DNA from: an uncultured Alphaproteobacteria bacterium
GTDB lineage: Bacteria > Pseudomonadota > Alphaproteobacteria > CAAHEQ01 > UBA3637
Direction: 5' to 3'
Length of the DNA: 64,000 bases
NCBI GenBank assembly: GCA_944392145.1
Contig: CALXVS010000005.1
Coordinates: 1,045-65,044, forward strand
In this document: piece by piece, positions 48,086 to 57,964 of the stretch
How the letters are laid out: each line of letters begins with the position of its first letter
Numbering within the stretch: the first letter of the stretch is position 1
The notes under the pieces: model-generated
The model's input: only the letters and a program-made list of their open reading frames with translations
Databases searched by the model: none
What the model was told of the DNA's origin: nothing
Made by a program: the position numbers and the translations under genes

Positions 48086-50734
48086 TTATGCACTTAACCG
48101 ACGCCGAACGGCATCCAAAGCGGCATTCAACCCTTCCATATCCGAACCGCCGCCTTGGGCCATATCAGCCCGACCGCCACCGCCCTGTCCTCCGATCAAC
48201 GGCGTTACATCGCGCACTAACGAAACAGCATCAAAGCGATTCGTCAAATCCGGTGTTACACCGATAACTAAAGAAACTTTCCCTTCAAACGAGGCAGCTA
48301 AAGCAACAACACCACTGCCGACTTTCTTTTTAAAAGCATCGGCCAACGGCTTTAAATCACGTGCCGGTGTGTTATCTAATACTTTTCCGATAAAAGAAAC
48401 ACCGCCAACTGTTTCAATATCGGTCGAAACAGACATACCACCGCCCAAAGCAGCTTTACGGCGCAAATCTGCCGTTTCTTTTTCCAAATGTTTTTTCTCT
48501 TCCAACAAGGCAGAAACTTTTGTCACGATTTCATCAGGCGAGGTGGTTTTCAACGCCTGCATAAGCCCGGCGACCAAGTCGGAACGGTTTTGTTCTTTTA
48601 AAAGCGCAGGCAACCCAACAATCGCCTCAATCCGACGCACACCGGCAGAGATGCCGCTTTCACTTAAAATACGGAATAATCCGATATCACCGGTTGCACG
48701 CGCATGTGTTCCGCCACACAGTTCGCAAGAAAGCCGATTTTCGCCCTGCCCCATGGACACGACACGCACCGTTTCGCCATATTTTTCATCAAATAACGCC
48801 ATAGCGCCCTGACGGACAGCTTCTTCCGGCGTCATCAAATCCGTTATAACCGGTTGATTGGTTAAAATCATCTGATTCACCAAAATCTCAATTCGTTTTA
48901 ATTCCTCTTTTGATACCGGCTTATTCCAGGTAAAATCAAACCGAAAATAATCCGGTGTGACCAGTGATCCTTTTTGGTGTACCGTCGGCCCTAAAACCTT
49001 TTGCAAAGCTGCCTGTAATAAATGGGTTGCGGAATGATGCGCCCGAATGCAAAAGCGCCGATCGGCATCAATTTCAAAGACACCGCTGGTGTCGCTTTCA
49101 ACATACCCTTCAACGACACGGCCGATATGAACCGTTAAAGCATCACCGGCTTTGTGAACCGTATCTAAAACGCGCACAACGCCTGTTTGTGTCACAATGG
49201 AACCGGTATCACCAACTTGTCCACCCATTTCACCGTAAAATGGTGTTTGATTGGCAAGCACACAGATGTTATCTCCCGTTTCAGCACGGCGAACAACTGT
49301 TTCTTCCCGCACCAAAGCTAAAATTTGCGCTTCGGCTTTATCTGTCTCATATCCCAAAAATTCGGTTGAATCGTGCTTATCGGCTAACTGGAACCAGACT
49401 TTTTCATCGGCGTCATCACCCGACCCGGCCCACGACTTACGTGCTTCAGCCTTTTGATGCGCCATCGCTTTTTCAAATCCGGCCACATCTACTCCGATAT
49501 GCCGCGACCGCAGGGCATCTTGTGTTAAATCCAACGGGAATCCGTATGTATCGTATAATTTAAACGCAACTTCCCCGGATAACATGTCTCCGGATGAAAA
49601 ATCTTTTGTTTCATCATCCAATAACTTTAATCCTTTATCCAAGGTTTGTTTAAAGCGTTCTTCTTCTAATTTCAACGAATCAACAATGACTTTTTGATGC
49701 TGAATCAATTCGGGATAAGCCTCTCCCATGGTTTCAATCAATACCGGCACCAACTGATACATCAACGGATCTTTGCATCCGATTAAATGCGCATGCCGCA
49801 TCGCCCGCCGCATAATCCGCCGTAACACGTATCCGCGCCCTTCATTTGACGGCATAACCCCATCTGCCAACAAAAAGGATGTTGACCGCAGGTGATCCGC
49901 TATGATACGCAAAGAATTTTTCGCTTCCCCATACGGATCAACACCGGCAATATCTGCCGATCGTTCAATCAGATTTTTAAAAATATCAATGGCAAAATTA
50001 TCATTTGTTCCATGTAAAATGGCACTAAGCCGCTCCAGCCCGGAACCCGTATCAATACACTTTTTGGGAATCTCAATTCGCCGCCCGTCAGGTAAATCTT
50101 CAAATTGATCAAAAACCAAATTCCATACTTCAATAAACCGATCCCCGTCTTCTTCCGGCGTACCGGGACGCCCGCCCCAATATTTATCACCATGATCATA
50201 AAAAATTTCCGAACACGGTCCGCACGGCCCCGTATCTCCCATTTGCCAAAAATTATCTTTCGTCGCGATTCGGATAATATCTTCATCTTTCAAACCGGCG
50301 ATTTTTTTCCATAATGTATAGGCCTCTTCATCATTATGAAAAATCGTCACCAACAATTTTGACTTATCCAATCCGATTTCTTTGGTGAGCAGCTCCCATG
50401 CATAATAAATGGCTTTTTCTTTAAAATAATCACCAAACGAAAAATTACCCAACATCTCAAAAAACGTATGGTGCCGCACGGTATAACCGACGTTATCCAA
50501 ATCATTGTGTTTACCACCGGCGCGCACTGATTTTTGAACCGTGGCAGCTCGTAGGAACAGGGGTGTTTCAGCACCCGTAAAATAATTTTTAAACTGAACC
50601 ATACCCGAATTCGTAAACATAAGTGTGGGATCGTTTCGCGGCACCAACGAACTGGCCGGAACAATGGTATGATCCTGTTTTTTGAAATAGTTGATAAACG
50701 TGGTTCTGATTTGAGATGTGATATTCTGACTCAT
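48086..50734 (-). CDS. alaS: Alanine--tRNA ligase
   Basis: DPTLMFTNSGM, HHTFFEMLGNFSFGDYFK, HSATHLL, ELCGGTH, GGGGRADMAQGG. Confidence 0.99.
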   Translation of the reverse strand: MSQNITSQIRTTFINYFKKQDHTIVPASSLVPRNDPTLMFTNSGMVQFKNYFTGAETPLFLRAATVQKSVRAGGKHNDLDNVGYTVRHHTFFEMLGNFSFGDYFKEKAIYYAWELLTKEIGLDKSKLLVTIFHNDEEAYTLWKKIAGLKDEDIIRIATKDNFWQMGDTGPCGPCSEIFYDHGDKYWGGRPGTPEEDGDRFIEVWNLVFDQFEDLPDGRRIEIPKKCIDTGSGLERLSAILHGTNDNFAIDIFKNLIERSADIAGVDPYGEAKNSLRIIADHLRSTSFLLADGVMPSNEGRGYVLRRIMRRAMRHAHLIGCKDPLMYQLVPVLIETMGEAYPELIQHQKVIVDSLKLEEERFKQTLDKGLKLLDDETKDFSSGDMLSGEVAFKLYDTYGFPLDLTQDALRSRHIGVDVAGFEKAMAHQKAEARKSWAGSGDDADEKVWFQLADKHDSTEFLGYETDKAEAQILALVREETVVRRAETGDNICVLANQTPFYGEMGGQVGDTGSIVTQTGVVRVLDTVHKAGDALTVHIGRVVEGYVESDTSGVFEIDADRRFCIRAHHSATHLLQAALQKVLGPTVHQKGSLVTPDYFRFDFTWNKPVSKEELKRIEILVNQMILTNQPVITDLMTPEEAVRQGAMALFDEKYGETVRVVSMGQGENRLSCELCGGTHARATGDIGLFRILSESGISAGVRRIEAIVGLPALLKEQNRSDLVAGLMQALKTTSPDEIVTKVSALLEEKKHLEKETADLRRKAALGGGMSVSTDIETVGGVSFIGKVLDNTPARDLKPLADAFKKKVGSGVVALAASFEGKVSLVIGVTPDLTNRFDAVSLVRDVTPLIGGQGGGGRADMAQGGGSDMEGLNAALDAVRRRLSA

Positions 50735-50812
50735 GATCTTTCCTAACTGACTGTTAAACAACGTGTCCGGCAGATTTGCCGGACACGCTCTGCCTCCGAC
50801 AAAAGGGGGGGA

Positions 50813-51838
50813 TTATTCGGCTTCGGCCTCCTCGGCAACCATCATTTTTTGTGAAATATCTTTAGACTGCGCCCGAACGGCTTGCTCAATTTCATTGGCC
50901 AAATCGGGGTGTTCTTTTAAATATGCTTTGGCCGATTCACGCCCCTGCCCGATTCGCTCGCCTTTACACGAAAACCACGAACCGGCTTTTTCAATCAAAC
51001 CCGCCTTAATTCCCAAATCCAACAATTCACCGGTTTTGGAAATCCCTTCACCATACAAAATTTCAAAATCCACCGTTTTAAAGGGGGGAGCAACTTTATT
51101 TTTTACAATTTTAACGCGTGTTTGGTTACCAATAGTGTTTTCTTTATCTTTAATCGCACCGATACGACGGATATCCAACCGAACAGAAGCATAGAACTTC
51201 AAAGCATTACCCCCTGTCGTCGTTTCAGGAGACCCGAACATAACCCCTAATTTCATCCGAATTTGGTTGATAAAAATCACCAATGTATTTGCCCGTGCAA
51301 CCGATGCCGTAATTTTACGCAACGCCTGGCTCATCAATCGCGCCTGCAATCCCATGTGAGAATCGCCCATTTCTCCCTCCAACTCGGCTTTGGGAACCAA
51401 CGCCGCAACGGAATCAACAACCAAAACGTCAATCGTGCCCGATCGCACCAATGTATCGGCAATTTCCAATGCCTGTTCTCCCGTATCGGGCTGAGAAATT
51501 AACAAATCATTGATTTTAACGCCCAATTTTCCGGCATAGGACGGATCCATCGCATGTTCGGCATCAATATAGGCACAAATACCCCCTTTTTTCTGAGCCT
51601 CCGCCACCACATGCAGAGCTAACGTTGTTTTACCCGAACTTTCAGGGCCATAAACTTCAATAATGCGCCCACGCGGTAACCCACCGATACCTAATGCCAT
51701 ATCCAACCCCAAAGATCCCGTTGAAATAGACGGAATCTCTACGGCATTATCCTTTTGTCCCAAACGCATAATAGACCCCTTACCAAAGGCACGTTCAATT
51801 TGCGAAAGGGCCGCTTCTAATGCTTTATCTTTTTCCAT
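50813..51838 (-). CDS. recA: Recombinase RecA
   Basis: [39 protein letters not shown]. Confidence 0.99.
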   Translation of the reverse strand: MEKDKALEAALSQIERAFGKGSIMRLGQKDNAVEIPSISTGSLGLDMALGIGGLPRGRIIEVYGPESSGKTTLALHVVAEAQKKGGICAYIDAEHAMDPSYAGKLGVKINDLLISQPDTGEQALEIADTLVRSGTIDVLVVDSVAALVPKAELEGEMGDSHMGLQARLMSQALRKITASVARANTLVIFINQIRMKLGVMFGSPETTTGGNALKFYASVRLDIRRIGAIKDKENTIGNQTRVKIVKNKVAPPFKTVDFEILYGEGISKTGELLDLGIKAGLIEKAGSWFSCKGERIGQGRESAKAYLKEHPDLANEIEQAVRAQSKDISQKMMVAEEAEAE

Positions 51839-51841
51839 TTT

Positions 51842-51856
51842 GTTCCTTTTTTGTTC
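51842..51856 (-). promoter_or_regulatory. Alphaproteobacterial LexA (SOS) box upstream of recA
   Basis: GTTC-CTTTTTT-GTTC (GAAC-N7-GAAC on the recA strand) immediately before the start codon. Confidence 0.75.
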
Positions 51857-52099
51857 CTATGTGACACTAAAAAATATTTTACATGTTTTCCTTTCAAAAA
51901 ACAATCTTTTTTTTCGCAAAACATAAAAAAACAAAAAAAGAAACAAAAAAGACAAAATCACATAAAAAAATCAAAAGATCTTTGTAATGCCTTTTATTCC
52001 TTAATTTAACAAAAAGAAAACAAAAGTAAAATGTTAAATACTTTTTTGTCTCGCATTATTCCCCTTTTACGTATCGCAGAGAGATATAAAAATCTGCCC

Positions 52100-53035
52100 T
52101 TATGAAAGTGTTTTAAGCGATTCGTATGAATTAATGTTGCATAACGTTGCGTCGGGCATCATGCGTTTAATCAAGCCGGTTAAAACTTTTCCGGGGCCGA
52201 ATTCAACAATGCGATTGATTCCTTGTTCTTTCAGGAAACCGACCGATTCGGTAAAACGAACGGATCCCGTGATTTGTTGTGTCAGTAAGTTTTTAATTGT
52301 TTCCGCTTCTTGGACAGGGCAAGCCGTCACATTTGCAATAACGGGAATTATCGGATTTTGAATGGGGGCGTCCTGAAGTATGGAACGCATTTCATCGGCC
52401 GCTGATTGCATTAAAGGAGAGTGAAAAGCACCTGATACGGGCAGTAAGACCGCTCTTTTGGCACCGTGTGCCGGGGCAAGCGCAACAGCTTTATCAAGGG
52501 CGGCTTTTGTACCGCTGATAACAATTTGACCGGGACAATTATCATTGGCAATGACACAAACTTCATTCGGTGTTAAAGCATCCTGAATCAACGCCGATAC
52601 TTCTTCCCTGTCTAACCCCAAAATAGCAGCCATGGCCCCGGGATGTATATCGGCGGCTTGCTGCATGGCAGTACCGCGTGCTTGTAACAATTGGGCAGTC
52701 TGCATGGTATTCAGGGCACTTGCCGCACAAAGAGCACTGTATTCCCCCAACGAATGCCCGATCACAAAACGGGCGGTATCAACTGCTTTTTGACCTGTTA
52801 CTTCCTCATAAGCTTTCAGGGCGGCAATGGAAACAGCCATAATGGCCGGTTGCGCATTCTGCGTTTGTGTCAATTCGGATATTTCCCCCTCAAACATCAA
52901 ACGACTGAGTGGTTGATGCAAGGCATCATCCACTTCTTCAAACACATGACGGGCTGTTTCAAATTGCTCGGCCAAGTCTTTTCCCATACCGATAAACTGC
53001 GTCCCTTGTCCCGGAAAAACAAATGCGGTTGTCAT
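52100..53035 (-). CDS. fabD: Malonyl CoA-ACP transacylase
   Basis: FPGQG.Q, GHSLGEY, AN.N.PGQ.VISG, VSGAFHSPLM, GPGKVL. Confidence 0.98.
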   Translation of the reverse strand: MTTAFVFPGQGTQFIGMGKDLAEQFETARHVFEEVDDALHQPLSRLMFEGEISELTQTQNAQPAIMAVSIAALKAYEEVTGQKAVDTARFVIGHSLGEYSALCAASALNTMQTAQLLQARGTAMQQAADIHPGAMAAILGLDREEVSALIQDALTPNEVCVIANDNCPGQIVISGTKAALDKAVALAPAHGAKRAVLLPVSGAFHSPLMQSAADEMRSILQDAPIQNPIIPVIANVTACPVQEAETIKNLLTQQITGSVRFTESVGFLKEQGINRIVEFGPGKVLTGLIKRMMPDATLCNINSYESLKTLS

Positions 53036-53056
53036 GGTGTCTCCTTTCTTTCACTT

Positions 53057-53437
53057 TTACTTTGTGATTTCTTTTTCAGCGATCAATGCATCAATAACGT
53101 CAATTTCAAGGCGTATTTTTTCAGCGCGTTCTTTATTCCCTTTCTTTTCAGTACGCACCAACCATTTTTCCAATGATTTTTTTTGACGCTTTAATTCAAA
53201 CACGCTTTTACGTGTGTATTTTTTACTTAACTGTTTTTTCTTATTGTCCGTATTCTCTTGATGTTTAGCGGCGATTTTCAGGGCTTTTGCTTGATCCCGC
53301 AGCGACAAACTTTTAAATGCTTCATCAGCAATAATGGTTGTTGTATCTTTGTTTTCATTTTCAACAACAATTTGCGCTTGGCCTAAAACCGGTGCACTTA
53401 AAATCAAGTAAAACAGAATAGTCCAAATAAATTTCAT
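53057..53437 (-). CDS. Hypothetical exported basic protein
   Basis: Signal-like N-terminus; 126 aa; located between rpmJ and fabD. Confidence 0.6.
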   Translation of the reverse strand: MKFIWTILFYLILSAPVLGQAQIVVENENKDTTTIIADEAFKSLSLRDQAKALKIAAKHQENTDNKKKQLSKKYTRKSVFELKRQKKSLEKWLVRTEKKGNKERAEKIRLEIDVIDALIAEKEITK

Positions 53438-53494
53438 GCGGACACCCTTTCATGCACAATAAGAAACCCGCTGCAAAGCGGGTTTCTTTAAAAA

Positions 53495-53620
53495 CTAACC
53501 CTGTCTGGCTTTCAGCTTGGGTTTCAATTTATTGATAACGTAAACACGTCCCTTGCGGCGAACGATTTTACAATTTTTATCCCGTGTTTTGGCGGTTTTT
53601 AACGAACTGCGAACTTTCAT
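53495..53620 (-). CDS. rpmJ: 50S ribosomal protein L36 (zinc-free type)
   Basis: [41 protein letters not shown]. Confidence 0.97.
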   Translation of the reverse strand: MKVRSSLKTAKTRDKNCKIVRRKGRVYVINKLKPKLKARQG

Positions 53621-53683
53621 GATATACCCTTTCTGATGAAACTGAATTCGGACTATATAGAAAAAAAGATGCTTTGTCAAGTG

Positions 53684-55177
53684 TTATTTTCGTTTTTTAA
53701 GTGAAAACAATATTAAGACAAGACAGATCAACACCACCGGTGTCGGTCCTGTTTGTGCATAAAATGTTGGCGGCAGGGCAGTCGGCAAGGGACTATCTAA
53801 AACGCCCTGAGTGCCCAAGGCCAACTTTTGGGATGCACGCCCATAAGGGTCTATAACAGCACTGATTCCGCTGTTTGCAACGCGTACGACGGGCAATCCC
53901 TCCTCCACCGCACGCAAACGAGCCATGGCGAAATGTTGATACGGGCCGGCGCTTTGTCCATACCAGGCATCATTTGTCACATTAATCAACCATGCTGGAC
54001 GATGCACCCTATCCGTGACGGCACCCGAAAAAATAATCTCATAACACACCAGCATACCAGCCGGAGGGGCCTTTTCAACATGAACGGTTCGCACCCCATT
54101 GCCTTGAGCAAAGTCAGGACCGATCGGAACAATTTTACGCATCGGCATCCATGTTGCAAACGGAACATATTCCCCAAAGGGAACCAGATGTGATTTGTCA
54201 TAATCGGCGGTGATATCGCCCAAATCGTTTAGCACAAAAACACTGTTGGCCACTTGTAAGGGCTTTGTTTGCTTGATTTTAAGCCCGCCCATAATTAAAA
54301 CCCCCCCCTGCCGGACAGCAGCCATCGCGCGCACACGTTCACCGTGTGCTGTGTTAACCGGAAAGTCAACAGCCGATTCGGGCCAAATAACATGTGTAAC
54401 CAATTCATTATTTTCTTTTGATAGACGTATCAGCGTGCTGAAATGTTCATCGGCTTTTTGTGGATCCCATTTCAGGCTTTGTTCAATATTGGGTTGGACA
54501 AGTCGCAAATTAACGCCCCACACTTTTGTTTCATCGGCATTCCATAAACGCACGGCTCCGGCCGTTTCCAAAATCGCTGTTATCGTTAAGACGGCAATCA
54601 ACGGTTTTATTTGCGGCAACAAAGCAATCGCTCCTGCGATCAAGGCAGCCCATACAGATAAACCATAAACCCCAACCACGGCGGCACTTTGCAAAAGAGC
54701 GTCTTGCTCCATAAATACAGAGCCGGTCAGATTCCAAGGAAAGCCGGTCAGGAACCAACTGCGCATCCATTCAAAAAAACCCAATGCGCCGGCAAAAGCA
54801 ATGACTTTTTTTACATTCGTCTGTGCAAGGGCGGCGATACAGGCGGGGAGTGCGAAAAAGACACCGAACAATATCCCCATACCGATCGGGACCAAAGGGG
54901 CAAATACCAAAAATTGGCCCGAATCAATCATCAAGGCATTGATTAACCAGGACATGGACACTGCCCCTTGCCCAAAACCAAAGGAAAAACCGCCTGCCAA
55001 CCCTTGACGTGGGGTGATACCTGTCATGAAAAAACGACATAAAAATGCCAAGGCAACAATATTGATCAGCCACAGATTCCAAGGGGCAAAACCAACAGCG
55101 GATATAGCACCGGCCAGGCACAAAAACAGATAAGTGCGCCCCGGTTTCAAGAAAAAAGCAGTCAAAGAGAATGTCAT
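53684..55177 (-). CDS. lnt: Apolipoprotein N-acyltransferase
   Basis: EWMRS..TGFPW, VQPNI, WPESA, YDKSHLVPFGEY, VCYE, TNDAWYG, RAVEEG, NSGISA. Confidence 0.97.
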   Translation of the reverse strand: MTFSLTAFFLKPGRTYLFLCLAGAISAVGFAPWNLWLINIVALAFLCRFFMTGITPRQGLAGGFSFGFGQGAVSMSWLINALMIDSGQFLVFAPLVPIGMGILFGVFFALPACIAALAQTNVKKVIAFAGALGFFEWMRSWFLTGFPWNLTGSVFMEQDALLQSAAVVGVYGLSVWAALIAGAIALLPQIKPLIAVLTITAILETAGAVRLWNADETKVWGVNLRLVQPNIEQSLKWDPQKADEHFSTLIRLSKENNELVTHVIWPESAVDFPVNTAHGERVRAMAAVRQGGVLIMGGLKIKQTKPLQVANSVFVLNDLGDITADYDKSHLVPFGEYVPFATWMPMRKIVPIGPDFAQGNGVRTVHVEKAPPAGMLVCYEIIFSGAVTDRVHRPAWLINVTNDAWYGQSAGPYQHFAMARLRAVEEGLPVVRVANSGISAVIDPYGRASQKLALGTQGVLDSPLPTALPPTFYAQTGPTPVVLICLVLILFSLKKRK

Positions 55178-55308
55178 CGGATTTGTTCCTTATGTTATAT
55201 CAAAAAGTGCCTTTACTGTAACATAGGTTCAGGTAAAAAACAATTAATATAAAGGGCTCTTGTCTTTTTTAAAAGAATTTCGTATAAGAGAAAAACAAGG
55301 AATAACAT

Positions 55309-55947
55309 ATGAAACGTCTTTTCTTACTTTTCTTTTTGGCAGTATTGGCCGGTGCGGGCGGTTTTGTTTTCAGATTTAAAGGGGAGTTACTCCCTGTATC
55401 CCTTATCATGTCGGATACGAATGTCGGATTTGGAAAACCGGCAACAACTTCTTGTGATGAGTTGGCATACTTAATAGGACAAAGCACCTTATCACGGAAT
55501 GAGCGATTAGAAGCGCTTGAGGATTCTTTTGTTAAGCAGTGTCCCGAAACAGTGCGGGTGTTTCCGTTTAAAAAGACTTTTTTCTTGCTGGGGGATAAAG
55601 GGGTTGAAGAAGCATGGTTGACCCATGGCCTTTTGGTTCGTGCAAACGGGACGATTGGTCATTTGATTCGTGCCGAAGCCGATGAATTGGTTGTTCGTTT
55701 CTCCAAAAAAGAAGATCTGGTGCTTGAGCAAAAAAACGGTATTTTTATGCCCAAGGAGCACGTGATATACGTTCAACATCCCAATTGGACAGATTCTGTC
55801 TTGATTGAAGGGAAACGATTTATCCGTTTGGCGGGCGATGCGGGTGATATTATATCGCAAACACCCCGTGAAATTAAGGTTAAATGGGATTATTGGGGAT
55901 ATGAAACATTTGTTTTTAAGAACGGTATTTGGCAGGTAAATCCGTAA
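55309..55947 (+). CDS. Hypothetical membrane-anchored protein
   Basis: AAGGA RBS, N-terminal TM/signal segment, duplicated H..W...L....G.I....L.V.(W/F) motif. Confidence 0.6.
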   Translation: MKRLFLLFFLAVLAGAGGFVFRFKGELLPVSLIMSDTNVGFGKPATTSCDELAYLIGQSTLSRNERLEALEDSFVKQCPETVRVFPFKKTFFLLGDKGVEEAWLTHGLLVRANGTIGHLIRAEADELVVRFSKKEDLVLEQKNGIFMPKEHVIYVQHPNWTDSVLIEGKRFIRLAGDAGDIISQTPREIKVKWDYWGYETFVFKNGIWQVNP

Positions 55948-56018
55948 AACGTCCCCCATTTTTTAAGTGCTTTTTTTGAGGGGTTGACAACCGATTTTTT
56001 TTGAGGTAAACAAACCAC

Positions 56019-57518
56019 ATGAAATATTTTTTATCTGTATTTTTAAGCATCTTGTTAGGAATAAGTTTCAAAAGTTCGGCAAATAACCAATTTGATTTTG
56101 CCGATGTGGTTGAACAGGCACGTCTTTTGAACGAACAGCCGTATCGTGAAGAAACGGTTACGTTGCCCGCGGATTTAAATGATATGGACTATGATACATT
56201 TCGGACATTGCGTTATGTGCGGGAAAAAGGGCCGTGGTTCGGGAAAAATATCCCTTTTGAAATTCAATTTTTCCATCCGGGATCGTTGTTTAAACAACAG
56301 GTGCAGATAAATGAAATTTTTGATAAAAAAGCAACCGAAATAGCGTATGATCCAGAAGCATTTACGTTAAAAGATCAAGCTTTACCTTCTTGGCCCGATG
56401 TCGGCTATGCCGGGTTTCGTTTGCATTATCCGCTGAACCGTTCGGATTATTATGACGAGTTGATTACATTTTTGGGGGCCAGTTATTTTCGTGCATTGGG
56501 GCGTGGTCAAAAATATGGATTGTCCGCCCGCGGCATTGCCGTTGATACCGGCTTGGAAACAGGTGAAGAATTTCCCCGTTTCGTGCGTTTTTGGATTCCA
56601 CGCCCTGTTCAAAGACAACGTCAAATAATGGTTTATGCCTTATTGGATTCACCCGGATTGACAGGGGCATATCAATTTTTGATTCGCCCGGGAAAAACAA
56701 CAACAATGGAAATAACTACTGTTTTATTTCCGCGGAGAAATATTCAGAAACTGGGCGTTGCCCCTTTAACAAGTATGTATTTATTTGGGGAAAATACAAA
56801 GCACCGCTTTTTTGACTACCGTCCGGAAGTGCATGATTCCGATGGACTATTGGTTCATAACGGTGCCGATGAATGGATTTGGCGTCCTTTGGATAACGCA
56901 CGAACATTGCGGATCAGCTCATTTGAAGATACATCCTTAAAAGGCTTTGGTTTGTTACAACGAGATCGCAATCCAGATCATTATCAGGATTTTGAGGCCG
57001 ATTACCATTTACGTCCCGGTGCCTGGGTAGAACCGTTGGAAGGATTTGGCGCCGGTGTCGTTGAATTGGTTGAAATTCCGTCGGATAAAGAGATTCACGA
57101 CAATGTGGTAGCGTTTTTTGTACCCAAAACACCTGTCGCATCGGGGCAGGCATACCGGTTTAAGTATCGGTTAAGCTGGTTATCCGATGAAGAAAGCATC
57201 GGCAATGTTAAAGCGCGTGTTTTAGCCACATATACAGGGATTGGCGGGGTATCAGGTGATCCGAAAGAAGAACGGGTCAAGTTTGTAATTGATTTTGAAA
57301 AACCGACTGCTGACATTCAAAAGATTGTTCCCGTTGTGGAAGCTTCTGCCGGACGGTTGAAAGAAGTTGTGATGATTCCCAATCCCTTAACGGACGGTGT
57401 GCGGGTGTTTTTTGATTTTAAACCCGAAAAGGGGAAAGCGATTGAGTTAAGTGCGCGATTAGAGCAAGACGGCAAGACGGTCAGTGAAAAATGGAGTTAT
57501 CAATGGACGGGGAACTGA
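56019..57518 (+). CDS. opgG: Periplasmic glucan biosynthesis protein OpgG/MdoG family
   Basis: FLGASYFRA, YGLSARG, EEFP.F..FW, APLTSM, RPEVHDSDGL, GFGLLQRDR, DNVVAF. Confidence 0.93.
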   Translation: MKYFLSVFLSILLGISFKSSANNQFDFADVVEQARLLNEQPYREETVTLPADLNDMDYDTFRTLRYVREKGPWFGKNIPFEIQFFHPGSLFKQQVQINEIFDKKATEIAYDPEAFTLKDQALPSWPDVGYAGFRLHYPLNRSDYYDELITFLGASYFRALGRGQKYGLSARGIAVDTGLETGEEFPRFVRFWIPRPVQRQRQIMVYALLDSPGLTGAYQFLIRPGKTTTMEITTVLFPRRNIQKLGVAPLTSMYLFGENTKHRFFDYRPEVHDSDGLLVHNGADEWIWRPLDNARTLRISSFEDTSLKGFGLLQRDRNPDHYQDFEADYHLRPGAWVEPLEGFGAGVVELVEIPSDKEIHDNVVAFFVPKTPVASGQAYRFKYRLSWLSDEESIGNVKARVLATYTGIGGVSGDPKEERVKFVIDFEKPTADIQKIVPVVEASAGRLKEVVMIPNPLTDGVRVFFDFKPEKGKAIELSARLEQDGKTVSEKWSYQWTGN

Positions 57519-57964
57519 ACAGTAAGTATCGGGTTCCCGTCGCATATCTGGCAGCATTCGGTGTTTCTGAAAAGAAAGCAGCTGCCGCCGGGGCTCTTTT
57601 TTTTAAAGAAACATCCGTTCAAAGTGTTGCTGTCGCACTCAATAAACTGGAGCGGCACATGGCCCAGGTGGCCGATCGGGTGGTTCGCGATCAGACATTA
57701 TCATCGGCTGAAAAAATGGCACGGTTTCAATTGATGTGCCTGACACGTTTAGGGAAGGAAACCGATCGGCTGCTTGATCCGGATGAACATGATATAGAAG
57801 CGTGGCGGCAGTGCTATGATACATGGGATTTTGCCGGCACACCGGACGAAAAACGTGTAACCATGATGCCACAAGCAATTGTTCCTGTCCATCCATTGAA
57901 AGCTATTATAAACAAAATCCGAAAAAATAACATCAATAGACAGGATGAGGAAAAGCGTGTCTGA
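57491..57964 (+). CDS. Hypothetical protein in the opg operon
   Basis: Overlaps both opgG and opgH; ends with a P.E....M.PQ motif. Confidence 0.55.
   Translation: MELSMDGELNSKYRVPVAYLAAFGVSEKKAAAAGALFFKETSVQSVAVALNKLERHMAQVADRVVRDQTLSSAEKMARFQLMCLTRLGKETDRLLDPDEHDIEAWRQCYDTWDFAGTPDEKRVTMMPQAIVPVHPLKAIINKIRKNNINRQDEEKRV

Noticed and set aside
47892-48812. 306-aa plus-strand ORF and other long antisense ORFs over rho, sucC, gyrB, alaS, recA, fabD, lnt and opgH
   Set aside because: Shadow frames opposite or within well-conserved housekeeping genes.
51895-52035. A-rich stretch between recA and fabD
   Set aside because: Low-complexity promoter-region sequence with no consistent repeat unit.
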